DNA of 64,000 nucleotides from Escherichia coli (GTDB lineage Bacteria; Pseudomonadota; Gammaproteobacteria; Enterobacterales; Enterobacteriaceae): NCBI RefSeq assembly GCF_003334815.1, contig NZ_QOWO01000017.1; one strand, 5' to 3'. Shown piece by piece: positions 50,248 to 64,000 of this stretch (position 1 is its first letter; each line of letters starts with the position of its first letter). The notes under the pieces were generated by a model. It saw only the letters and a program-made list of their open reading frames with translations, ran no database searches and was not told where the DNA came from. The position numbers and the translations under genes were made by a program.

Positions 50248-51758
50248 TCCTTCAATCCCAGACGTTTCGCCAGCCGATGCAGGTTGGCGACGTCGGTTTC
50301 CAGCATCCGCGCGCAGGCAGCCCAGTTGTGATGATTTTGTGCCAGTGCCTGACGAATAGTTTCACGCTGGAACGCTTCTGTCGCTTCACGCAGGTTTTGC
50401 TTAACAACGGGCACCGCCGCCACTTCTGGCGTCGGCAACGTCACCTCAGGAAAAGCAAAATGTTGCGCCTCAAGAATCACTTCATCGCCGCTGCGGGTGG
50501 CTCTCGCCAGAACTACCGCCCGATGAATAGCATGTTCCAGTTCGCGCACGTTTCCCGGAAAACTGTAGTGTTGCAGTAAATTTCGCGCTCCGGCACTTAA
50601 TACCACGCGGGAGAGCCCCTGCCGCAAACGACACTGCTCGCAGAAATACCCCGCCAGCAGAATGACATCATCGCCCCGCTCACGCAGCGGCGGCACCGAA
50701 AGTGGAAACACGCTCAGGCGATGAAACAAATCGGCGCGGAATCGCCCTGCCAGCACCTCTTCGCGTAAATCGCGGTTAGTCGCCGCCAGCACGCGCACAT
50801 CGACCCGCAAACAACGGTCATCGCCAACGCGCTGAATATCGCCATACTGCAACACCCTCAGCAGCTTGGCCTGCAATGCCAACGACAACTCGCCGATCTC
50901 ATCCAGAAACAGCGTGCCGTTATCCGCCATTTCAAACTTCCCGCTGCGATTACTGATAGCGCCAGTAAACGCTCCTTTCACATGCCCGAACAACTCACTT
51001 TCCGCCACACTTTCCGGCAGTGCAGCACAGTTGAGATAGACCAGCGGATTCACCGCCCGTGGCGAGGCTTCATGAATCGCTTTCGCCACCAGCTCCTTAC
51101 CGGTTCCAGTCTCACCGCTGATCAGGACGTTGAGATCGGACGCCGCCACAATCTCAATCTCTTTTTTCAGTTGCGTCATGCCAGGGGACAAGCCAATCAT
51201 CTGCGTCTGTTTCACCGCTTCAAACGGCGTGGCATCGCCTGGCAGCATATTCTGGCTTTCCAGTTGTTCAATCAGCAACGCATTGCTTAACGCTCCCGCC
51301 GCCAGCGCAGCAATCAGCCGTAGCTCTTCGTCGCTGAAAACATCGAACTGATCGGGCTGCATCCCGTCGAGCGTCAGTGCGCCGATCAGGTTTTGCCCGG
51401 CAAACAATGGCAGACCAACGCAGGCGTGAACCTTCAGACTCTCCTGCCCAGGAATCAAACCGTCATAGGGATCGGGCAATTCGCTGTCTGCGGGAAAGCG
51501 CACCACATCCCCGGCGCGGGCAATCGCTTCCAGCCGTGGATGCCCTTCCAGCGCAAAGCGTCTACCGAGTACATCCTTTGCCAGACCGTCGATGGCAAGC
51601 GGAATAAACTGCCGCGAATCGTAACGTAGCAACGCAGACGCATCGCACTCCAGCACCTGACGTAGCGTGGTGATCAGGCGCTGAAAACGATCCTGGTGAC
51701 CAATCCCACGCTGCAATTCGATGGCGATATTCGCCAGCACATCAACGGAAAAACTCAT
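50244..51758 (-). CDS. norR: Sigma-54-dependent NO-responsive activator NorR (GAF-AAA+-HTH)
   Basis: N-terminus [20 protein letters not shown], 504 aa; GAFTGA motif in the AAA+ domain. Confidence 0.9.
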
Positions 51759-51770
51759 CTTTGCCTCACT

Positions 51771-51826
51771 GTCAATTTGACTATAGATATTGTCATATCG
51801 ACCATTTGATTGATAGTCATTTTGAC
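51771..51826. promoter_or_regulatory. Three NorR enhancer sites (GT-N7-AC)
   Basis: GTCAATTTGAC 51771-51781, GTCATATCGAC 51792-51802, GTCATTTTGAC 51816-51826. Confidence 0.75.
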
Positions 51827-51881
51827 TACTCATTAATGGGCATAATTTTATTTATAGAGTAAAAACAATCAGATAAAAAAC

Positions 51882-51897
51882 TGGCACGCAATCTGCA
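51882..51897 (+). promoter_or_regulatory. Sigma-54 (-24/-12) promoter of norVW
   Basis: TGGCAC-GCAAT-CTGCA, GG and GC 10 nt apart, about 50 bp upstream of norV ATG. Confidence 0.75.
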
Positions 51898-51944
51898 ATT
51901 AGCAAGACATCTTTTTAGAACACGCTGAATAAATTGAGGTTGCT

Positions 51945-53384
51945 ATGTCTATTGTGGTGAAAAATAACATTCATTGGGTTGGTCAACGTGACTGGGAAGT
52001 GCGTGATTTTCACGGCACGGAATATAAAACGCTGCGCGGCAGCAGCTACAATAGCTACCTCATCCGCGAAGAAAAAAACGTGCTGATCGACACCGTCGAC
52101 CATAAATTCAGCCGCGAATTTGTGCAGAACCTGCGTAATGAAATCGATCTGGCGGATATCGATTACATCGTGATTAACCATGCAGAAGAGGACCACGCTG
52201 GGGCGCTGACCGAACTGATGGCACAAATTCCCGATACGCCGATCTACTGTACTGCCAACGCTATCGACTCGATAAATGGTCATCACCATCATCCGGAGTG
52301 GAATTTTAATGTGGTGAAAACTGGCGACACGCTGGATATCGGCAACGGCAAACAGCTCATTTTTGTCGAAACACCAATGCTGCACTGGCCGGACAGCATG
52401 ATGACTTACCTGACAGGCGACGCGGTGCTGTTCAGTAACGATGCTTTCGGTCAGCACTACTGTGACGAGCATCTGTTCAACGATGAAGTGGATCAGACGG
52501 AGCTTTTCGAGCAGTGCCAGCGTTACTACGCCAATATCCTGACGCCGTTCAGCCGCCTGGTAACGCCGAAAATTACCGAGATCCTGGGCTTTAACTTACC
52601 AGTCGATATGATAGCGACCTCCCACGGCGTGGTCTGGCGCGATAACCCGACGCAAATTGTCGAGCTGTACCTGAAATGGGCGGCTGATTATCAGGAAGAC
52701 AGAATCACCATTTTCTACGACACCATGTCGAATAACACCCGCATGATGGCTGACGCTATCGCCCAGGGGATTGCGGAAACCGACCCACGCGTGGCGGTGA
52801 AAATTTTCAACGTCGCCCGAAGCGATAAAAACGAAATCCTGACCAATGTCTTCCGCTCAAAAGGCGTGCTGGTCGGCACTTCGACGATGAATAACGTGAT
52901 GATGCCGAAAATCGCCGGGCTGGTGGAGGAGATGACTGGTTTACGCTTCCGTAACAAACGCGCCAGTGCTTTCGGCTCTCACGGCTGGAGCGGCGGTGCG
53001 GTGGATCGTCTTTCCACGCGCCTGCAGGATGCGGGTTTCGAAATGTCGCTCAGCCTGAAAGCCAAATGGCGACCAGACCAGGACGCTCTGGAGTTATGCC
53101 GTGAACACGGTCGCGAAATCGCCCGTCAGTGGGCGCTCGCGCCGCTGCCGCAGAGCACGGTGAATACGGTAGTTAAAGAAGAAACCTCTGCCGCCACGAC
53201 GGCTGACCTCGGCCCACGGATGCAGTGCAGCGTCTGCCGGTGGATTTACGATCCGGCAAAAGGCGAGCCAATGCAGGACGTTGCACCAGGAACGCCGTGG
53301 AGTGAAGTCACGGATAACTTCCTGTGCCCGGAATGCTCCCTCGGCAAAGACGTCTTTGACGAACTGGCATCGGAGGCAAAATGA
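51945..53384 (+). CDS. norV: Anaerobic NO reductase flavorubredoxin
   Basis: 479 aa; C-terminal rubredoxin CxxC motifs. Confidence 0.95.
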   Translation: MSIVVKNNIHWVGQRDWEVRDFHGTEYKTLRGSSYNSYLIREEKNVLIDTVDHKFSREFVQNLRNEIDLADIDYIVINHAEEDHAGALTELMAQIPDTPIYCTANAIDSINGHHHHPEWNFNVVKTGDTLDIGNGKQLIFVETPMLHWPDSMMTYLTGDAVLFSNDAFGQHYCDEHLFNDEVDQTELFEQCQRYYANILTPFSRLVTPKITEILGFNLPVDMIATSHGVVWRDNPTQIVELYLKWAADYQEDRITIFYDTMSNNTRMMADAIAQGIAETDPRVAVKIFNVARSDKNEILTNVFRSKGVLVGTSTMNNVMMPKIAGLVEEMTGLRFRNKRASAFGSHGWSGGAVDRLSTRLQDAGFEMSLSLKAKWRPDQDALELCREHGREIARQWALAPLPQSTVNTVVKEETSAATTADLGPRMQCSVCRWIYDPAKGEPMQDVAPGTPWSEVTDNFLCPECSLGKDVFDELASEAK

Positions 53385-54514
53385 GCAACGGCATTGTGAT
53401 CATTGGTTCGGGCTTCGCCGCCCGACAACTGGTGAAAAATATTCGCAAACAGGACGCCACTATTCCATTAACCTTGATTGCCGCCGACAGCATAGATGAG
53501 TACAACAAACCTGACCTCAGCCATGTTATCAGTCAGGGGCAACGTGCCGACGACCTTACCCGCCAGACGGCGGGTGAATTTGCCGAGCAGTTTAATCTGC
53601 GCCTGTTTCCGCACACCTGGGTGACGGATATCGATGCCGAAGCCCATGTGGTGAAAAGCCAGAATAATCAGTGGCAATACGACAAGTTAGTGCTGGCAAC
53701 CGGTGCCAGCGCCTTTGTCCCGCCTGTGCCTGGGCGTGAGTTAATGCTGACGTTAAATAGTCAGCAAGAGTATCGCGCCTGTGAAACGCAACTGCGGGAT
53801 GCCCGACGCGTGTTGATTGTTGGCGGTGGTTTGATTGGTAGCGAACTGGCGATGGATTTTTGTCGTGCAGGCAAAGCGGTCACGCTAATCGACAACGCTG
53901 CCAGTATTCTGGCGTCGTTAATGCCACCGGAAGTAAGCAGCCGCTTGCAGCATCGGTTGACGGAGATGGGTGTTCATCTGCTGTTGAAATCTCAGTTGCA
54001 GGGGCTGGAAAAAACGGATTCTGGCATTCTGGCAACGCTGGACCGCCAGCGTAGCATCGAAGTGGATGCGGTAATTGCCGCCACCGGACTGCGCCCGGAA
54101 ACCGCCCTGGCACGACGCGCCGGGCTGACGATTAATCGCGGCGTTTGCGTCGATAGTTATCTGCAAACCAGTAATACCGATATTTACGCGCTGGGCGATT
54201 GCGCGGAAATTAACGGTCAGGTATTGCCGTTCCTCCAGCCGATTCAACTTAGCGCGATGGTGCTGGCAAAAAATCTTCTCGGCAATAACACGCCGCTGAA
54301 ACTCCCGGCGATGCTGGTGAAAATCAAAACGCCGGAATTACCGCTGCATCTGGCAGGCGAAACCCAGCGTCAGGATTTACGCTGGCAAATTAATACCGAA
54401 CGCCAGGGAATGGTGGCGCGCGGCGTTGACGATGCTGACCAGCTTCGCGCCTTTGTGGTCAGTGAGGATCGGATGAAAGAGGCATTTGGATTGTTGAAAA
54501 CATTGCCGATGTAG
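53381..54514 (+). CDS. norW: NADH:flavorubredoxin reductase
   Basis: 377 aa; overlaps norV stop. Confidence 0.9.
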   Translation: MSNGIVIIGSGFAARQLVKNIRKQDATIPLTLIAADSIDEYNKPDLSHVISQGQRADDLTRQTAGEFAEQFNLRLFPHTWVTDIDAEAHVVKSQNNQWQYDKLVLATGASAFVPPVPGRELMLTLNSQQEYRACETQLRDARRVLIVGGGLIGSELAMDFCRAGKAVTLIDNAASILASLMPPEVSSRLQHRLTEMGVHLLLKSQLQGLEKTDSGILATLDRQRSIEVDAVIAATGLRPETALARRAGLTINRGVCVDSYLQTSNTDIYALGDCAEINGQVLPFLQPIQLSAMVLAKNLLGNNTPLKLPAMLVKIKTPELPLHLAGETQRQDLRWQINTERQGMVARGVDDADQLRAFVVSEDRMKEAFGLLKTLPM

Positions 54515-54529
54515 GTGGGCTACTGTGCC

Positions 54530-54625
<96 letters not shown>

Positions 54626-54641
54626 CCAAATGCAACACGTT

Positions 54642-56894
54642 TTATCCGTTCTGGACTTCACCCGCTAACCAACGCGCCGCAGCAATAACCCCCTGCCCCA
54701 GAGACAAACCGCCATCACCCGCCGGTAAACTCTGTGGAAAGAGCAATGTGAAATCAGCGAGATAATGCGCCAGACGTGCACGCAGCAAACGGTTATGAAT
54801 AACCCCGCCGCTAAATACCAGCGTAGTGATACCACGCATCGTGGCCTGCTCACGCATCAACGCGGCAAAACCCTGCGCCAGCGCATCATGAAACGCCCAC
54901 GCGCGTTGATTAACCGGTGCCTGCCAGTTCAGCCACTGCTGCCAGAAAGTGGCGAGATCCAGTTGATTGTCCACCCGCGGCATTGTCACCGGATGCGTCA
55001 CTCCGTGGCATGAGGCTGCGAGCGCCTCCAGAGCACAAGCCGCTTCACCTTCATAACTTAACGTGGCTGGCGCACAGCCCAGTGCCGCCGCCACTGCATC
55101 GAAAAAACGCCCACACGATGACGCCAGCGGCGCGTTAATTCCACGCTCAATGGCCCGCGCCAGCACGCTCCAGTTTTGCTGTTGCACACTTGCTGTTTCA
55201 GAGTAATTCTGCCACTCCGGCACAAAGCGCAGGCACTGCGCCAGCAGGTTTCGCCACGGCTGCTTCGCTGCCAAATCGCCACCCGGAAGCGCCACTGCAG
55301 GCAAGCCGCCCAGGTGCTCACATTCGCGATAGTTCACCCGCAGGCACTCGCCGCCCCACAAAGCGCCGTTCTCCCCCATACCGATACCGTCGAGCGTCAA
55401 AGCAATGACATCACCGCCATCCAGCGGCCACTGATGCTCTGCCAGACACGCCGCTGCATGGGCATGATGATGCAGTACCGTTTGCGTCGGCAGATTCATT
55501 TCACGCGCCCACTGGCTGGAGACATAGCCCGGATGCGCGTCATGCACAACGTATTGCGGGGTAAAATCGTAGATGTTTTGCATCAGGCGTAACGCTTCGC
55601 GCCACTGCATCTGGATGCCATCGTCACTTAAATCGCCCAGATGCTGACTCAACACCGCTTGTTCACCGCGCACCAGGCAGAAGGTATTTTTCAGATCCGC
55701 GCCGAGACACAGCACAGGCGGAACATTTTTAAAGCCCGGAGGCAAAGCCAGCGCATCCGGCACATACCCCCGCGAACGGCGCAGCATTTCGCCGCTTTCG
55801 CGCACCACCGAATCATCCATCCGCTGCACGATGTCGCGGTTATGTATCAAGAATCCGTCGGCAATGCCCTGCAAATCCGCCAGCGCCTGTTCGTTGCTGA
55901 TAGCTGGTGGTTTACCGCTCAGGTTGCCGGAGGTCATCACCAGCGGGCATTGCAGTTCCTGTAACAGCAAATGCTGGAGCGGGTTCGCAGGCAACATTAC
56001 CCCGACTTCGTTAAGGTCAGGGGCGATATCATCACAAAGCTCAGGAACGTATTTTTTATCCACCAGCACAATCGGCGCGGCGGGCGTGGTAAGCAACTGG
56101 CGCGCAGCGTCTGGTAAACCGTCAGCCACTGGCAACATGACCGCCAGCGGTTTCGCCGGGCGATGTTTGCGCGCCCGAAGTGTCGCCACCGCGTTACTGT
56201 TACGTGCATCGCAGGCAAGATGAAATCCGCCAATCCCTTTGATGGCGACAATTTTGCCCATTTTTAACTGTGCGATAGCTGCCTGTAATGCCGCCTCTTG
56301 TTCCGCATGTTCACCATGACTTACCCATTCAAGATGCGGGCCACACTCCGGGCAGGCCACCGGCTGGGCGTGGAAGCGACGATCGAGCGGGTCACGGTAC
56401 TCTTTGTCACAGGCCGGACATAGCGGAAACGCCGCCATCACGGTAAACGGGCGGTCGTAAGGCATGGCGCGAATAATGGTGAAACGCGGGCCGCAGTGGG
56501 TACAGTTGATAAACGGATAACGATAACGCCGTTCGCCTGGGGTATTCATTTCGGCAAGGCAAGCAGGGCAAGTAGCGGCATCGGGAACAATTTGCGTATT
56601 CATGGTGCCGCCTGTGCTCTGGCGTATAGTGAACTCGGTGGGCAGTTGTGACCAGATAAACGGCTCACGCTCGACGCTATCAATACGCGCCAGCGGCGGG
56701 CAGTGCTGATACAATTGAACAAGAAACGTTTCCGGGTCTTCCCGCAGCCGGACTTCTACGCCATCGCCGTCATTACAGACATCGCCGTGAAGATTTAATT
56801 GCTGTGCCAGCTGCCAGACAAACGGACGAAAACCGACGCCCTGCACTTTGCCACGAATACGCAGTTGGACACCGCAAGATGTGTTTTTTGCCAT
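54642..56894 (-). CDS. hypF: [NiFe]-hydrogenase maturation carbamoyltransferase HypF
   Basis: N-terminus [30 protein letters not shown] (acylphosphatase domain), 750 aa. Confidence 0.9.
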
Positions 56895-57046
56895 TGAGTT
56901 ATTCCCGCCATCATGAATTGCGTAACCCGCCCTGCCGGACACGACAGCGTCGCATCCGGCAGTCACAGGTCGGCGATACCGCCCGCTCCGTATTCTACGA
57001 ATATTTCCGGGAATTCCTTTGATGCCAGAACAGTTCTGTAAGATTT

Positions 57047-57574
57047 TTAGAACATCAGCGCCGTACGGCGGCGTTTTTCTGCGCTCAGTTGTTCAAGTTT
57101 ATTACGATCGACACAAATCAGCGCATGAGTCGGGCAAGCCGCCATACACGCCGGGCCGTCTTCACGATGGTTGCACAGGTCGCATTTATTGGCTTCGGCT
57201 TTGTCAGCCCGTACATTCAGACCCGCGCCGCTGTTGCGGATCACCGGACGTACCACCACTTCCATCGCACCATACGGGCAAGCCACAACGCAGGTTTTGC
57301 AACCAATGCAACGTTCCTGCATCACATGAACAAACCCTTTATCACGGCTGATAGCACCATTCGGGCAGACGTTAGCGCACGGTGCATCTTCACACTGACG
57401 GCAAACTGTCGCCGTGGAAATGTTCACACCTTTAATGACATGGATACGCGGTAAAAAAGTTTCCGGGGTCAGCGATGCACAGTCCTGATTTTCCTGATGA
57501 GAAACCACGCACGCTACTTCACAGGTACGGCAACCAATACATTTACTCGCGTCAGCAATGATGAAACGGTTCAT
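57047..57574 (-). CDS. hydN: 4Fe-4S ferredoxin-type electron transport protein HydN
   Basis: N-terminus [22 protein letters not shown], 175 aa, multiple CxxCxxCxxxCP motifs. Confidence 0.85.
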
Positions 57575-57722
57575 CAAATTCTCCAGCAATGACAGTTAAT
57601 GCGCCGATACATTCACAAATCATGCCAGTTTTTAATTTACTGTTATTTAAGGAAATTAATTTCTGTAATGCAGGAAAAACGATGTCATCGACACTAGTGA
57701 CGATGACATGTGATGACAATGT

Positions 57723-58733
57723 TTATCGCGAAGGAGCAATGAGTGAGTCGCGGCGGATCAGTTTTCCGCTGAAGGTTTTCGGCGGTGAGAAATCCCCGCC
57801 ATCGAGCATAAAAATCAGCCGTCCAATAATTTCCTGAATCATCTCAGTCACCGGAATTTTTACGCTGGAGAGCGCCGGAACGGTGTAGGGGGCAATAGCG
57901 ATATCATCGAATCCGATAACTGACACCTGCTCTGGCACCGCTACGCCGCGCTCGTGTAACGCTTTCATCGCACCTATCGCCATATCGTCGTTACTGGCAA
58001 CTAACGCGCTAAATTTAGCCCCACGTTCGAGCAACATTTCTACCCCTTCGGCCCCGCTGGCAGGCGTCCATTTACCGTTAGCGATAAGTTTTTCATTGAG
58101 CGCAATACCATGCTGCGCCAGCGCGTCTTTATACCCGGCAAGACGTTCAATGCTGGTGGGGGAATCCATCGAGCCGGTAAGGAAAGCAATCTCCTGATGC
58201 CCGGCGTTTATCAACTCTGCCACGGCGTTAAAACTGGTCTGTTTATGATCGCACCAGACGCTATGGCTGCTGTTTTTGCGCAGGCGGCGATTAAGCACCA
58301 TTATCGGCTGACTGTGCGCGTCAATGATGTCATCGATCTCATCCACGCTTAAAAAACGCGGGTAAATCATGATCGCGTCGCAGCGCAGATCCAGCAGATA
58401 CTGAATCGCCTGGCGCTCTTCTTCTGCGCTGTGTTTACCATCTGCCAATAGCAACTGCCGCCCTTTCTCTTCCGCCATTCGCGCGGCATGAAAGAGTAAT
58501 TCACTAAAATAAATGCCGTGGTAAAGCGTGTTGGTCACTACCAGCCCCAGCGTCTGAGTACTCTTCGCCGACAGATTGCGCGCCAGCAAGTTTGGACGGT
58601 AACCGCTCTCTTCTACCGCCTGAAACACGCGATCTTTAGTCTCCTGGCTGACGTAGCCATTACCTGAAAGCACGCGGGAAACGGTCGCTTTTGAAACCCC
58701 GGCGCGCTTCGCCACTTCCAGCATCGTCGTCAT
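57723..58733 (-). CDS. ascG: LacI-family repressor of the asc operon
   Basis: MTTMLEVAKRAGVSKATVSRVLSGNG HTH; the ORF track starts 22 codons earlier. Confidence 0.8.
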   Translation of the reverse strand: MTTMLEVAKRAGVSKATVSRVLSGNGYVSQETKDRVFQAVEESGYRPNLLARNLSAKSTQTLGLVVTNTLYHGIYFSELLFHAARMAEEKGRQLLLADGKHSAEEERQAIQYLLDLRCDAIMIYPRFLSVDEIDDIIDAHSQPIMVLNRRLRKNSSHSVWCDHKQTSFNAVAELINAGHQEIAFLTGSMDSPTSIERLAGYKDALAQHGIALNEKLIANGKWTPASGAEGVEMLLERGAKFSALVASNDDMAIGAMKALHERGVAVPEQVSVIGFDDIAIAPYTVPALSSVKIPVTEMIQEIIGRLIFMLDGGDFSPPKTFSGKLIRRDSLIAPSR

Positions 58734-58992
58734 CATTTTCATCCCTTTACACGCAATCAACGCAGTGTACTGCACCGTTTGCCGATTGTCCTTGCACAAT
58801 CGGCGGGAAAAATATTCAGGTGACCGGTTTCACAAATATAAAAAATGAACAATTCACTCTCTTGCTTATTTAGTGACAACTATTCATGATTTTGTGAAAC
58901 CGGTTTCTTAATTCCGTTTCAGCATCGGCATTTTTCCGTCACGTCGACTGATAACAACTACATCTACCCTACTGATAACAGGATAAAATCCG

Positions 58993-61883
<2,891 letters not shown>

Positions 61884-61890
61884 GTAACAG

Positions 61891-61970
61891 TGCCGGATGC
61901 GGCGTGAACGCCTTATCCGGCCTACATGTCGCACGAACCATGAAGGCCCGATAAGCGCAGCGCATCGGGC
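61891..61970. repeat. REP elements after ascB
   Basis: GCCGGATGCGGCGTGAACGCCTTATCCGGCCTAC. Confidence 0.6.
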
Positions 61971-62041
61971 AATTTAGCATTTGGCATCAGAGCTGGTTCA
62001 CCCCATCAAGAACATCCCTGTCCTGATTCCTTAATGAAAAA

Positions 62042-62512
62042 CTACTCTTCTTCCACCGCTAACTGCGCGAAGCCGCCATTTCCTTCCCAGCCTTCCAGTC
62101 GTTGATAAACGGTTTCTACCGCATCTTTAATCGGCTGGGTCATCGGGTAGTAAAAGCCGACGATATCCGGCTGAATGCCGAGGAAAATCACTTCGCCAAT
62201 ATCTTCTTTCAACTGGTCGATAAGGTAATTCAACGGCATGTTATGGGTAGTCATCATAAACATCTCGGCGATATCATCCGGGTCGATGATGCGGATCTCG
62301 CCGGGGTTTAGCCCCATATCCGTGGCGTCGACAATCAGCAGTCGTGTCGGGCGCAGTTCACGGATAGCGACGATGTCGTTTTCCGGTGCGCTACCGCCGT
62401 CAATCACCACCCAGTTACCTTTCGGCGCGGCGGCGCACTTTTCCGCCAGCAGCGGACCTGCGCCATCATCGCCCATCATGCTATTGCCAACACAGAGTAA
62501 AACGTCAGTCAC
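62042..62512 (-). CDS. hycI: Hydrogenase 3 maturation endopeptidase
   Basis: 156 aa. Confidence 0.9.
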   Translation of the reverse strand: MTDVLLCVGNSMMGDDGAGPLLAEKCAAAPKGNWVVIDGGSAPENDIVAIRELRPTRLLIVDATDMGLNPGEIRIIDPDDIAEMFMMTTHNMPLNYLIDQLKEDIGEVIFLGIQPDIVGFYYPMTQPIKDAVETVYQRLEGWEGNGGFAQLAVEEE

Positions 62513-62915
62513 GCAGTCTCCTCACCATCAAATAGATGGCGTTTTCCTGATGAATATCATGCAGCATACTTAACAGCATTGTACTCCATTCCTGCTGCTG
62601 CGAAGTTTGCGCTGCCCGGGCTTTATCGAATGCGTTGGCCAGCATCGGCACATGGTTAATGTCGATGACGATCTCACCATATTTCGGCACGCCTTCCATT
62701 TTGCGGCGGGCTTCACTGCCTGCCTCCAGAGTGGCAATCCATGCCAGATATTCATCCCACGGGCAGGTGAGCGCCGCTTCCAGGCAATCGATAACCCCAA
62801 GGTGGTGACCAATCGCCAGGCTGTAATAGACCACCTGCTGCGCCTCGGCGGGCGTGGCATCGTTCTCATCAATAAATTTACGGCTCAGTTGACTGAACAC
62901 CACCTTTTCACTCAT
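62505..62915 (-). CDS. hycH: Formate hydrogenlyase maturation protein HycH
   Basis: 136 aa. Confidence 0.85.
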   Translation of the reverse strand: MSEKVVFSQLSRKFIDENDATPAEAQQVVYYSLAIGHHLGVIDCLEAALTCPWDEYLAWIATLEAGSEARRKMEGVPKYGEIVIDINHVPMLANAFDKARAAQTSQQQEWSTMLLSMLHDIHQENAIYLMVRRLRD

Positions 62916-63679
62916 CGGATACGCGCCTCTTCAACAACATGATTCAGATGGCTGACAATCTCGTTCAGACGCGGATCGTTTTCCGCTTCCAGCCAGCGTG
63001 CAACCTGTTCTTCGCCCTGCCCTAACTGTGTAAGGTAATCATCGGCAATCTGACGACCGTAACGATAACCCGCCAGGCGACGTGCTTCGCGATCCACTTT
63101 CACGCGCAGCGGCTGCACCATATCACCATGCAGGATCTCCGCCGGTTGTTCATCCAGTTCACCCGGCCCACGGGCGTGAATTTTCTGCTCCAGCAGGCCG
63201 AGCGCCATTGCAAAGCCGTACAGCGTGGCGGCAGGCGTTGGCGGGCAGCCAGGGATATAAACATCCACAGGGACAATTTTATCCGTACCGCCCCACACGC
63301 AGTAGAGATCGTGGAAGATCCCGCCACTGTTACCGCAGGCACCGTAGGAGATACAAATTTTCGGGTCCGGCGCGGACTGCCACGCACGCAGCGCAGGGGA
63401 TCGCATTGCACGGGTGACCGCGCCGGTAAACAGTAAAATATCCGCATGACGCGGTGAAGGAACGACTTTAATGCCGAAGCGTTCTGCATCAAACAGCGGC
63501 GAAAGCGTGGCGAAAATTTCGATTTCGCAACCGTTGCAGCCGCCGCAGTCCACGCGGTAAACATAGGCAGAACGTTTGATTTTTTTCAGTAACGACGCCT
63601 TCATGCTGGCGATGGATTCATCCACCGTCATGGGGACCGGAATGCCGTTGGCGTCACGGGGGCCTAATAAATTGCTCAT
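62912..63679 (-). CDS. hycG: Hydrogenase 3 small subunit
   Basis: 255 aa; NuoB-like CxxC motifs. Confidence 0.9.
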
Positions 63680-64000
63680 CAGATGGCCTCTTTCATATGG
63701 CGAGTCAGTTCAATACGGTCGGACGGCACCAGGCATTTCTGGCGCTTACATTCCGGGCAAGTCTCAAAGCTTTCGCGGTGGTTTTCCGCGCGGCTGTCGC
63801 CGTTGTGCTTAAGCAGCGCAATGGCGTAGTCGATCTCTTTCTGGACGGCGAAAGGACGATTGCAGACGCGGCAGTTGCACAGCGCGAAGCGGGACTGTTG
63901 CAGGAAGTCTTCTTTCTTCCACACCGCCAGTTCGTACTCTTGCGACAGTTTGATCGCCGCCGTCGGGCAGACTTCTTCGCAGCGTCCACAGAAGATGCAG
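63679..64000 (-). CDS. hycF: Formate hydrogenlyase iron-sulfur subunit HycF, 3' part only (5' end beyond window)
   Basis: Open frame continues to the window edge upstream of the ORF-track ATG; ferredoxin-like CxxC motifs. Confidence 0.8.
   Translation of the reverse strand, partial: CIFCGRCEEVCPTAAIKLSQEYELAVWKKEDFLQQSRFALCNCRVCNRPFAVQKEIDYAIALLKHNGDSRAENHRESFETCPECKRQKCLVPSDRIELTRHMKEAI

Overview
This 64-kb window reads as one contiguous stretch of an Escherichia coli chromosome with K-12-like gene order. All identifications come from reading the sequence and ORF track against remembered E. coli protein and RNA sequences; no database search or alignment was run, and coordinates were counted by hand. 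Start codons were chosen from known N-termini and RBS placement, so several differ from the longest-ORF track. From 5' to 3' the window holds: an adhesin-like autotransporter passenger gene (minus), invertase and IS3-like transposase fragments, two AT-rich hypothetical ORFs, tRNA-Ile(CAU) ileY, an amylase-like pseudogene, then csiD(glaH)-lhgO-gabDTP-csiR, kbp, yqaE, ygaVP, stpA, alaE, ygaC, ygaM, nrdHIEF, proVWX, ygaY, ygaZH, mprA-emrAB, luxS, the sRNA MicA, gshA, yqaAB, a tRNA-Arg/tRNA-Ser array, csrA, alaS, recX-recA, pncC, mltB, srlAEBD-gutM-srlR-gutQ, norR/norVW, hypF-hydN, ascG/ascFB and hycIHG plus partial hycF. I found no convincing evidence of a novel multi-gene system (defence, secretion or biosynthetic); the region is overwhelmingly well-characterised core genome. 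The most unusual signal is in the small accessory patch around ileY (about 1-8.5 kb): both low-GC genes flanking the tRNA are interrupted only by in-frame TAG codons (four of four internal stops, no frameshifts). Other points worth a second look are an apparently truncated adhesin ORF, a two-copy tRNA-Arg tandem array with embedded tRNA 3' fragments, and an intact ygaY.
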